DNA from: Mobula hypostoma
Taxonomy: Eukaryota
DNA length: 64,000 nt
Assembly (NCBI RefSeq): GCF_963921235.1
Contig: NC_086108.1
Coordinates: forward strand, 42,286,001-42,350,000
Reading direction: 5' to 3'
Shown: positions 13,123-23,602 of the stretch, in pieces
Numbering within the stretch: position 1 is the first letter of the stretch
Layout: each line of letters opens with the position of its first letter
The notes under the pieces: model-generated
The model's input: only the letters and a program-made list of their open reading frames with translations
What the model was told of the DNA's origin: nothing
The model's database searches: none
Translations under genes and position numbers: made by a program

Positions 13123-13728
13123 CAGACATCCCACCTCTCCCGGAAGTTCCGGGAGTCTCCCGCATATTAATAGTGACTCCCTGATGCCCGCAAATTATAT
13201 ACAATATCACGGAAATCAATTTTTTTGAGAGCGAGCGAGAGAAAACAAGAGAGAGCGTGAGAGCGACCACGAGAGAGAGCAAGAGCAAGCAAGCGAGAGA
13301 GGGTGAGAGAGAAAGCAAGCGAGAGTGCACGAGCGAGAGAGCAAGCAAGCGAGAGAGAGCGAGAGAGAAAGCAAGCGAGAGCGCGCCATGGCAGAGTTTT
13401 CCAAGAAAAAATATAAAACGTACGTCACCCCAGACTACGCCAAAGTGTACCCCTGCCTAATAGGGGTCAGAATAATGACAAGTGTTGCTCGCTGCACTGT
13501 TTGCAACAGCGACTTTTCTATTGCCCATGGTGGGTTAAGACTGTAAAAGACGTGCTGAGGTGAGTTTAACAGGTGTCATTCGTTCATTAGCATAGCTAAC
13601 GTTATTTAAACTAGCTGGCCAGCAACTAAGGAGCTACTCTATTGCAGACATCCCACCTCTCCTGGAAGTCTCCCGCAAATTGATGGTGCTACCTCCCTGA
13701 AATGAGTTTTTGCAGGGTGAGATACCTG
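13123..13728 (+). mobile_element. Non-autonomous hAT (Tip100-like) element with BED zinc-finger remnant and GA-rich repeat
   Basis: Imperfect TIRs cagacatcccacc / ggtgagatacctg, internal copy of the end motif at about 13645-13682, peptide ARCTVCNSDFSIAHGG. Confidence 0.7.
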
Positions 13729-14169
13729 TCTATCTGTGGGCATTAACCTATCAATCACTACTTATCCCCATGGTAAACGTGCCCAACAGATATGCCTTTT
13801 TTCATGTCTATCCTAACTTATAATTAATTTGTTCTACTTTCCCAGTTCTAACAAGAAACTCTGTTTCTGACCTGCTGAGTGTTTCCAATATTTTCTGCTT
13901 TTCTTATAGTTCATTTAAACCGTGTAACCATTTTTCCTTCATAGTTTGCATGCATTGAGAGACAGAATTATACAAAGTTGTGAATGAGACAAATGTACCT
14001 GGAATATTTCACAAAACTGTTCAAATCATTTTATCTTTTCATCATTCAGTGAAGAACAGTAAAGGATTTAGAAATAATTCATATGAATCTTGACAAAATT
14101 GTGACTTTCTTTTTTCTCCCCCTCATTGCTTCCATCCTTTCTCTCTCCTTGATGCTGCTACGTGTGAAG

Positions 14170-14202
14170 TCTCCAACCAAATGGTATTGGAAACTGGTTC
14201 CT
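14170..14202 (+). CDS. CAMSAP2: CAMSAP2 33-nt small exon (phase 0/0): SPTKWYWKLVP
   Basis: aag acceptor after a long pyrimidine tract and a perfect gtaagt donor; matches the CAMSAP motif SPSKWFWKLVP. Confidence 0.9.
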
Positions 14203-16129
14203 GTAAGTTAATTCAATGAGTAGTGATCCATTATATTTGTGATTTTTTTTCACCATATTAATAACCCATGTGAATTAACTCTCTATTTGCTTTCTGTCTG
14301 CTGTGATCCGTTATCATTTTCTGCCATTCACCTTCCTCTCTGCTATTCACTTGTTTAAAGATGAATCATGCAGTTTTACCACTTAAATTCATGCCTTACC
14401 CTTCCATAGAATGTTTACTGTTTAAGGAGCTGCCTTTGTTTGTCTGAAAAAGTTAGCATTGGGCATGTCTACAGTATGTGTGTGTGAAGAATTAGTTATT
14501 TGATCATTGGGAGCTCCATTCCTACTATAAATGCAGTGCAGGTGATGATCAGGGCTATTTTAATCATCACTGAGACGTGGATATGTCGCATCTGCTCAGA
14601 GTCCACAGTCTAAGAACACCTCAACTCTGAGCAGAAATATCATGAACTAGCTTAGAGATGGGAAGAAGACTTATGCCATTTTCAGTAAATTGCTTAGCAA
14701 ACAAAAATACATTCAGTCTGGGGAAGTATTGCATCGTATTTCTTATTCCCGTATTGTTTCCTGGAAAATAATTTGAAGAAGCAAACCCTGTGGTATATAT
14801 AACGTAGCTGCATTGTCGGTAGGAAGCACCCTCATAATAAAACTGAACTAAGAAATGATGAAATGCGACGTTGAATGGATGTTCAAGGGTAGCCAGAAAA
14901 TTTACATAGCAAGCTGCCATTATAAATGTAAATAAAATTTGACATTGTTAAGATATCATAAAGGCATCCCAAGCTCTTCGAGGCCAGGAAGGAGCATATT
15001 TGCAAGAAGTAAACAGACATGTTATTTTGAAAATATTATAAAGGGATGTAGTGAGTGTAGGCATTTTAATAAGTTACATACAGCTGGTTTAACATTTAAT
15101 TCAAAAGGCACGTTCTCCAACAGTGTGGGTATTTGGTCAGTTCTGTTATACAATACCAATTCAGAAGGCATCCCAAGTCCCCAGACCCAGTAAGTTAAAA
15201 TCTGTTGGAAGAATGGATCTCAGAGCCTCAACATCAGTAAGTTGTGTCCTTGTTTAAGTTGCTGGAAGTGCAGCTGAGGGCATCATTGTAAAATGCACAA
15301 TACCCAGGACTATATTGAACAAACTAAGCCAGCTGGTTCACCATTAGAAGATTTCTGGGAACAACACAAGGCAGGAGGTAGAAAGGAAAGGGTAAATTGA
15401 AGTGGAACAAATCAAATCAGACACAGAAAGTGAAATCAAGAAAGAGAAGAATGGTTGGATTAGGAGAGAATAATGAAAAGGAAAAATCTGCAGAAATAAA
15501 AGTTAACAATTTAAATAGTCAAAACAGAAGGAAGGAGAATATTTCTGCTTAAGTAGTCGTAACCTAGTTAGTAACAGTTATTTTAACAAACGTTATTTTT
15601 GAACTATTATAAAGTAATGGAGCCTTCATATGCATATGATGCTGTACAGAACAATAGGTTTGGTTCTTGTTTATAGCTCTTAGCTGTAGATTGTATATCT
15701 TACAGAGTCATAGCATCATGACAGCACAGAAATATGCCATTATTTTCATTGTATCTGGTACATATGACAATAATAAACCAATTCAAATTCAAGTTCATGT
15801 CCGTTCTGTGTAGAATAATCCATATATCTTCTTTAAGTTTATGCAAGTGTTAAGTGTAATATCAGCAAGAGAGGGAAATCTTGTGACAGCAAATGGTTGC
15901 AAGGTTGTATGCATTTTATTGTTAGAAATAATGAAATTATAACACAAATGGCATTGCAGTGCAGATCAATTTAACACTTAAACTTTGGAGCAGAAAAAGG
16001 AGCAGATGACCATATGCAGGAATGACTGGTAAAGCTTTGGAGAAGGTGCTATTTCTGGTTGGAAATGCCTGGGTCAAAACATCTCAGGCTGAAAGTTATC
16101 ATCATGAATATCTTGTCCAGTGGAAAAAG

Positions 16130-16750
16130 TTCTAATTTATCAGGAGGCAGCAATCATAATGTGATAGAATTCACCCTGCAGTTTGAGAGGGACAGCTGAA
16201 ATCAGATGTAACAGCATTACAGTTGAGTTAAAGGTAACTAGAGGCTTGAGGAAGGATGTGCCAGAGTTGATTGGAAGGGAATTCTTCAAGGGAAGATAGT
16301 GAAGCAGCATTCTGGGAGTACCTTGGGAGATACAGTACAATTTCATCCCAGTGTAAAGAAGAAGCACACTAATGGGAGGACAAGGTAACTAGTGTTGACA
16401 AGTGAAGTCAGGGACTGCATAAAATCAAAAGAAGGCAGACAATATGATGAAGGTTAGTGTGAAGCCAAAGGATGAGAAGCCTTTGAAGACCAACAAAGGA
16501 CAACTAAGGAAACAATAAGGGGGAGGGGTGGGTAGGTGATGAATGATGAGAGTAAGTTACCCAATAATATAAAAGAAGATTGCAAAAGTTTTATAGTTTT
16601 ATATAAAGTTTTATAAAGGGTAAGAGAGGGCAAAAGTAGATATTGGATTTCTGGAAAATGATGCTGGGGATGTATTAATGGGAACAAAGAAATGGTAGGG
16701 GAATTGAATTGATAGTAGAAAACACCAGTAACATGTCAGAAATTCTAGAG
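16130..16750 (+). mobile_element. Old CR1 ORF2 fragment; probable host of the nested stack, resuming at about 19180-19320 and 21233-21640
   Basis: Degenerate CR1 ORF2-like sequence; downstream pieces are in ORF2 order (KCSVMHFGKEN, LVRPHLEY, 3' tail tatggtctta). Confidence 0.6.
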
Positions 16751-17580
16751 CAGTGTTTCCCAACCTTTTTATCCCATTGTCCCCTGAAAGCACTTTCATA
16801 CCTGCCAATGCCCCTCTTAGGCACAATGTATTTTCCAGCACCCCCATAGTATAAAAGTATGTCTACCAAATGCTAACATAAGAAAAATGATTCTGCTTCA
16901 AATTTTTATTTGTCTTTAAACCTAGCTTATGCAGTACCTTTATGCTATCAGCAGCTTTGATATCAATGTAATCCTTGAGCTTGATGGTTTTTAGGAAGAG
17001 TTGAAATACCTGGTTCAAGTTGTGACAGCAAGAGCCTTAAGTCCCCAGGCAAAACAATGTCCAAGCGGTTTCTGTTTTTTGTGAGTATGTGACTCACTGC
17101 ACTAAAGCTTCTTTCAACAAGTTAGGAAGATGGAAATGCAACAAAGAGCAGCTTGGCTCTTCTCTAAAGACCAGGAGAATTCGTATGACAGTGTAGGCAC
17201 GTACCACTAAAGCCAACATTTTTGAAAAGCGTTTCTGCTTTTTCATCATTCTAAATTTCGATAATTTCTTTTTGCAAGCTCTCTTCCTGTTCTTTCACCT
17301 TCCAAAGAAATGGGTTAATTACTCAGTCCAGAATTTCCAGATTGTTCAAATTCTTGAATCGATTCTGAAAATCCTCCTTCAGTGACTGCAGATGTAAGCA
17401 GTACTCTTGGAAATTACTGTCTATGAAAGAGAGTGCCATACTTTCCATGCAGGGAAATTTTGAGAACATTTTTCTCCCAGTGGTTTGCTTATATATTTCT
17501 AATTTTTTGATAAAAGTGGACACTGCACTTTTTGCCTGGGTTAAATTGAAATTCTCACCCTGCAAGTTCATACTTGGAAT

Positions 17581-17775
17581 TGCAAACATGAGGAATTCTG
17601 TAGATGCTGGAAATTCAAGCAACACACATCAAAGTTGCTAGTGAACGCAGCAGTCCAGGCAGCATCTCTAGGAAGAGTCCTGACGGAGGATCTCGGCCTG
17701 AAACGTCGACTGTACCTCTTCCTAGAGATGCTGCCTGGCCTGCTGCGTTCACTAGCAACTTTGATGTGTGTTGCT
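17581..17775. mobile_element. Mini-PLE inverted-repeat insertion with hammerhead motif
   Basis: TSD tcatacttggaat (17568-17580, 17775-17787); 60-bp inverted arms. Confidence 0.85.
17676..17711 (+). ncRNA. Minimal type I hammerhead ribozyme motif (A9>G variant)
   Basis: AGUC-CUGACGG-AGG(AUCUCGG)CCU-GAAAC-GUC-GACU: stem I, core, stem II, palindromic minimal stem III and GUC site. Confidence 0.7.
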
Positions 17776-18336
17776 CATACTTGGAATGTTCATTTTGTCA
17801 TACCAATTGGCTAGGTATGCCACATCTCCACGTAGAAGTTCAGTCTTGTTTCCCAAGCTCTTGTTGACTTTGAGCAAAAATTCAATCACAGTGTCAAAAA
17901 GATCAAAGAAATGTTTTAAGTAGCAGCCTTTTGACAGCCAAGCTCACTTAAGTGTGAAGAAGCAAGAGTTCAAACTCTTCATCGTTACCTTGGCCTAACT
18001 GACAAAATATTCTACTTAATGGATGAGTTTTAATTTTGTTGATAGCAGATACTACAAGGGTCATGCTTGAAAAAAGTCACTGGCTGAGGCTTTTAGCTGC
18101 GAGATGTTGATGATGAATTACATGATAGATTGCAAATGGACTCGGAATTTCTTTTTTCATAAATGCGACTTGCCATATATGGTGCTCCATCTGTTACACA
18201 AATCATCATGTTCCTAATCACAATACTTTTATGCTCAGTATACATTTTGAGCTTGTCGTAGATTGATTCTCCGTTGATATTTGTTTTTAACTTTTTACAA
18301 AAGAGATTCTCTATAAGATTTTCCACTTTTGATAAA

Positions 18337-19172
18337 CAAGTGGAATGCAAAAGTTTGGGCACCCCGGTCAAAATTTCTGTTACTGTGAATAGCTAAGCAA
18401 GTAAAAGATGAACTGATTTCCAGAAGGCATAAAGTTAAAGATGACACAGTTCTTTAATATTTTAAGCAAGAAAACTCTTTTTCCATCTTTTACAGTTTCA
18501 AAATAACAAAAAAGAGAAAGGGCCTGAAGCAAAAGCTTGGGCACCCTGTATGGTCAGTACTTAGTAACACCCCCTTTGGCAAGTATCACAGCTTGTAAAC
18601 ACTTTTTGTAGCCAGCTAAGAGTCTTTCAATTCTTGTTTGGGGGATTTTCACCCATTCCTCCTTGCAAAAGGCTTCTAGTTCTGTGAGGTTCTTGGGCTG
18701 TCTTGCAGGCACTGCTCTTTTGAGGTCTATCCACAGATTCTCGATGATGTTTAGGTCGGGGGACTATGAGGGCCATGGAAAAACCTTCAGCTTGCGCCTC
18801 TTGAGGTAGTCGATCATGGATTTTGAGGTGTGTTTATGATCATTATCCTGTTGTAGAAGCCATCCTCTTTTCATCTTCGGCTCTTTTTACAGACGGTGTG
18901 ATGTTTGCTTCCAAAATTTGCTGGTATTTAATTGAATTCATTCTTCCCTCTACCAGTGAAATGTTCCCTGTGCCACTGGCTGCAACACAAGCCCAAAGCA
19001 TGATCGATCCACCCCTGTGCTTAACAGTTGGAGAGGTGTTCTTTTTATTAAATTCTGCACCCTTTTTTCTCCAAACATACCTTTGCTCATTGCGGCCAAA
19101 AAGTTCTATTTCAACTTCATCAGTGCACAGGACTTGTTTCCAAAATGCATCAGGCTTGTTTAGATGTTCCTT
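18337..19172 (-). mobile_element. Tc1 transposon fragment with IR/DR end
   Basis: End caagtggaatgcaaaagtttgggcacccc with inner direct repeat near 18528-18546; minus-strand WPS*SPDLNIIENLW and QAVILAKGGVTKY. Confidence 0.9.
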
Positions 19173-19326
19173 TGAACCTTTTGAATAGAACTGAGAGGAC
19201 TGGAAAATCTGGTAAGATGAGAGGAGACAAAAGACAGGAAATTATGGAGTGTTTATCCTGACCACAGTGGTTGGTAAGAAGAAATTTCTGAGTACTTGGA
19301 ATATTATGGTAAAATAGAGGACTTGG

Positions 19327-20958
19327 ATAAGACCATAAGATATAGGAGCAGAATTAGGCCGTTTGGCCATCGACTCAGCTCGGCCATTTCACCATGGCTG
19401 ATCCAGTTTTCCTCTCAGCCCTAATCTCCTGCCTTCTCCCTGTATCCCTTCACACCCTGACCAATCAAGAATCTATCAACCTCTGCCTTAAATATACATA
19501 AAGACTTGGCCTTCACAGCTGCCTGTGGCAAAGAATTCCACAGATTCACCAGTCTACCTAAAGAAATTCCTCCTCATCTCCATTCAGAAAGGACAGCCCT
19601 GTATTTTGAAGCTGCGTCCTCTGGTCTTAGACTCTCCCACCATAGGAAATATCCTCTGCACATCCACTCTATCATGGTCTTTCACCATTCAATAGGTTTC
19701 AATGAGGTCAATCCTTATTCTTCTGAATTCTAGTGAACACAGGCCCAGAGCCATCAAACACTCTTCATATGACAAGGCATTCAATTTGGGAATCATTTTC
19801 ATGAACCTCCTTTGAACCCTCTCCAGTTTCAGCACATCCTTTCTAAGATAAAGGGCCAAAAACTTCTCACAGTACTCCAAGTGAGGCCTCAACTGTGCTT
19901 TATAAACCTCAATATTACAACCTTGCTTTTATATTTTAGTCCTTTGAAATGAATGCTAACATTGCATTTCCCTTCCTCACCACATACTCAACCTACAAAC
20001 TAACCCTTAGGGAATCCTGCACAAGGACTCCCAAGTCCCTTTGCACTACAGTTTTTTGTATTTTCTCTCCATTTAGAAAATAGTCAACCCTTTCATTTCT
20101 TCTATCAAAGTGGATGGCAATATACTTCCCATCACTGTATTCCATCTGCCCTTGCTTTGCCCATCCTCCTAATCTGTCTTAAGTCCTTATGTAGCCTCTC
20201 TACTTCCTCAAGACTACTTGCCTCTCCACTTATCTTCATATCATCTGCAAACTTTGCGACAAAGCCATCAATTCCATCATCCAAATCATTGACATATAAT
20301 GTAAAAAGAATTGGTCCCAACACAGACCCCTGTGGAACTTCACTAATCACCAGCAGCCAATCAGAAAAGACTCTCTTTATTCTCATTCTTTGCCTCCTGC
20401 CAATCAGCCACACTTTTTCCATGCTAGAATCTTTCCTGTAATATCATGACCTGATATAAGCAGCCTCATGTAGCACCTTTTCCCAATCCAAGTACACAAC
20501 ATCAACCGATTCTCTTTGTCTACCCTGCTTGTTACTTCAGAGTTCCAAAAGAATTTTGCTTGAGGAAACTGTGCTGACTACGGCCTATTTTATCTTGTGT
20601 CTCCAAGTACCCCGAAACCACATCCTTAATAATCAACTCCAACATCTTCCCAACCACTGAGATCAGACAAACTGGCCTACAATTTCCTTTCTTCTGCCTC
20701 TCTTCTTTCTTGAAGAGTGGAGTGACATTTGTAATTTTACAGTCTTCTGGAACCATTCCAGAATCTAGTGACTCTTGAAAGATCATTACTAACTGCTCCA
20801 TGATCTCTTCAGCCACCTCTTTCAGAACTCGGGTGTACACCATCTTGTCCAGGCAGCTTGTCTTCCTTCAGATCTTTCAGTTTCCCAAGAACCTTCTCTC
20901 TAGTTATGGTAACTTCACACACTTCATGGACTCTGACATGTGGAATTTCCACAGTGAA
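19327..20958 (-). mobile_element. CR1 LINE, 5'-truncated (taagaccataaga subfamily)
   Basis: ORFs 20532-20843, 20132-20422 (PQGSVLGP, KFADD) and 19689-19892. Confidence 0.95.
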
Positions 20959-21022
20959 GATAAGTTAGGAGAGTGAACAAAGAAGTAGCAAATGAAACAG
21001 AAGATAGGGAAGTGTAGTGTTA

Positions 21023-21231
21023 CACATAAAAGTTGCAGGTGAACGCAGCAGGCCAGGCAGCGTCTATAGGAAGAGGTACAGTTGACGTTTTGGACCGAGA
21101 CCCTTCATCCTGACCCGGCCCGAAACGTCGACTGTACCTCTTCCTATAGATGCTGCCCGGCCTGCTGCGTTCACCAGCAACTTTTATGTGTGTTGCTTGA
21201 AATTCCAGCATCTACAGATTTCCTCGTGTGT
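21023..21231. mobile_element. Mini-PLE inverted-repeat insertion with two partial hammerhead motifs
   Basis: 15-bp TSD ggaagtgtagtgtta (21008-21022, 21232-21246); about 75-bp inverted arms; same unit as 17581-17775. Confidence 0.85.
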
Positions 21232-21954
21232 GGAAGTGTAGTGTTATGCACTTTGGTAAGGAGAATAAAGGTGTAGACCAATTTCTAAATGGGGAGAGAA
21301 TTCAGAAATTGGTGGTACAAAGAAACTTGAGCGTTGTAGTTCAGGATTCCCTTAAGGATAGCTTGCAAGTTGTGTTAATGGTAAAGAAGGCAAGTGGAAT
21401 GTTAGTATTAATGTACTGCTAAGGTTTTATAAGATGTTGGTCAGACCACATTTAGAATACTGAGATCAAGTTTGGGTTGTATTAAGATTGAGATTGATAG
21501 CTTTCTGATTGGTAAGGGGGTTAGGGGTTACAGGGGAAAGGTCAGAGAATTGGGTTGTAAAATAAAAATCAGCCATGATTGAATGGCAGAGACTCAGTGG
21601 GCTGAATGGCCAAATTCTACTTCAGTATCTTATGGTCTTATCAGCTTTTTCTGAAACTCATCTAAATTACCCCCTAAACTTTTATTCTCCATGACAATAC
21701 CAGCCTAATTTGTACAGAATATTTTCTCACTTTCCAAAGTAAATCATCAGAACCTTACATAAGTTCTGTCAATCATCCAACCAGTGCTTTATAAGGTTGT
21801 GTAAAATTCCCCATTGTATCCCAGCTATTGAGTTTTAAGGGCTCCTTTTCATTTAAGGGTTCCTTCTCATTTGCTATTTTGATTTGTTTTTATTTGATTG
21901 CTACAGTTTAGTGATTTTTGAACAAGAAATCCTCATAAAGGTTAGACCCAAAAT

Positions 21955-22805
21955 TTGGGGGTGTTGTGGATAGTGTGGAGGGCTGTCAGAGGTTACAGCG
22001 GGACATTGATAGGATGCAAAACTGGGCTGAGAAGTGGCAGATGGAGTGTGGGGTGATTCATTTTGGTAGGTCAAATATGATGGCAGAATATAGTATTAAT
22101 GGTAAGACTCTTGGTAGTGTGGAGGATCATCGGGATCTTGGGGTCCGAGTCCATTGAACACTCAAAAGCTGCTGTGCAGGTTGACTCTGTGGTTAAGAAG
22201 ACATATGGTGCATTGGCCTTCATCAATCGTGGGACTGAGTTTAAGAGCTGAGAGGTAATGCTGCAGCTATATAGGACCCTGGTCAGACCCCACTTGGAGT
22301 ACTGTGCGCAGTTCTGGTCACCTCACTACAGGAAGGATGTGGAAACTATAGAAAGGGTACAGAGGAGATTAACAAGGATGTTGCCTGTATTGGGGAATAA
22401 GTTGAGTGAACTTGGCCTTTTCTCCTTGGAGCGACAGGTGACCTGGTATATAAGATGATGAGAGGCATTGATCGTGTGGATAGTCAGAGGCTTTTTCCCA
22501 GGGCTGAAATGGCTAACATGAGAGGGCATAATTTTAAGGTGCTTGGAAGTAGTTACAGAGGAGATGTCAGGGGTAAGTTTTTTACGCAGAGAATGGTGAG
22601 TGCGTGGAATGGGCTGCTGGCGACGGTGGTGGGGACGGAAACAATAGGGTCTTTTAAGAGATTCCTGGATAGGTACATGGAGCTTAGAAAAATAGAGGGC
22701 TGTGAGTAACCCTAGGTAATTTCTAAAGTAAGTACATGTTGGGCACAGCTTTGTGGGCCAAAGGGCCTGTATTGTGCTGTAGGTTTTCTCTGTTTCTATG
22801 TTTCT
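21955..22805 (+). mobile_element. CR1 LINE 3' fragment, same subfamily as 2735 and 6770
   Basis: ORFs 21966-22157, 22258-22458 and 22455-22709. Confidence 0.95.
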
Positions 22806-23602
22806 AAACTTGATTAAATTATCCAGTTCAAGTGTTTTCTAAGGTCAGGCCCTTGTGGGACCCAGTAAAGCATTTCCTGTTCATTTCTAAATAACCCACC
22901 ACAAACAATGTGATACCTATTCCCTAGCACACTCCACTGAAGTAGACGTTGAAAGCCTTGTCATCATGGTTATTTTTAATTGGGATCCCAAATGTATTGA
23001 GGCTTGTGGCGCCTCAGTGGGATTGAATAATTTATGACAGAAAAGAGATCCTAACCAAGCCATGCCATTTGTTGTTGCATGGAGTCCAATTACCCAGAGT
23101 TATCTGTGATTGAAATCATTCTTTTCTTCTTCCAGCCCTCAGAATGTTATCAGAGCAACACAGAAGAGGGTTTCATTATCATATAAGGATTGTCATCACT
23201 GTTTTGTAGGACCTTAGGAATACAATGATTGTCATGAATTCTTATGTCATAATGTACACAAATGTATTTTATGCTCATTAAAAATAAGGATGTTTACTTT
23301 CATTCAAGAACATATTTGATTCCACATTGGGTTCTAAGGTGCACAGAAAAATAAATCTGAAATTCTGTGGCGATTTGTCTCATTCTCTGGTATTGATTAT
23401 GTGAATCTTCTGGAAAGAATCATTTTTCATGTACATAGGAAAAGAAGTGTGTTTGCTGGATTGTGTGGAAATTCTCTTTGGGAAGCATTTCATCAAGTCT
23501 TTTTTAGCCCTGCATTGATTTTTGGCAGATAATTTGGAAGAGTGAACGTTGCAGTGTATATAATGTTCCTGCATTGTTGATGGGAAACACCCTCATGGTA
23601 TA

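Larger units (their letters stand above)
16751..18330 (-). mobile_element. hAT (Charlie/Buster-type) transposase pseudogene, 3' part
   Basis: TIR cagtgtttcccaacc preceded by ttctagag (NTCTAGAN target); minus-strand peptides LFCKKL..CVTDGAPYM, HVIHHQHLAAK, NLQGENFNL and LFVAFPSS*LVERSFS. Confidence 0.88.

Noticed and set aside
17618..17775. miRNA precursor or DNA-transposon MITE reading of the hairpin
   Set aside because: The arms also occur as single, non-inverted copies, and TSD lengths vary (12-15 bp), which fits retrotransposition rather than TIR transposition.
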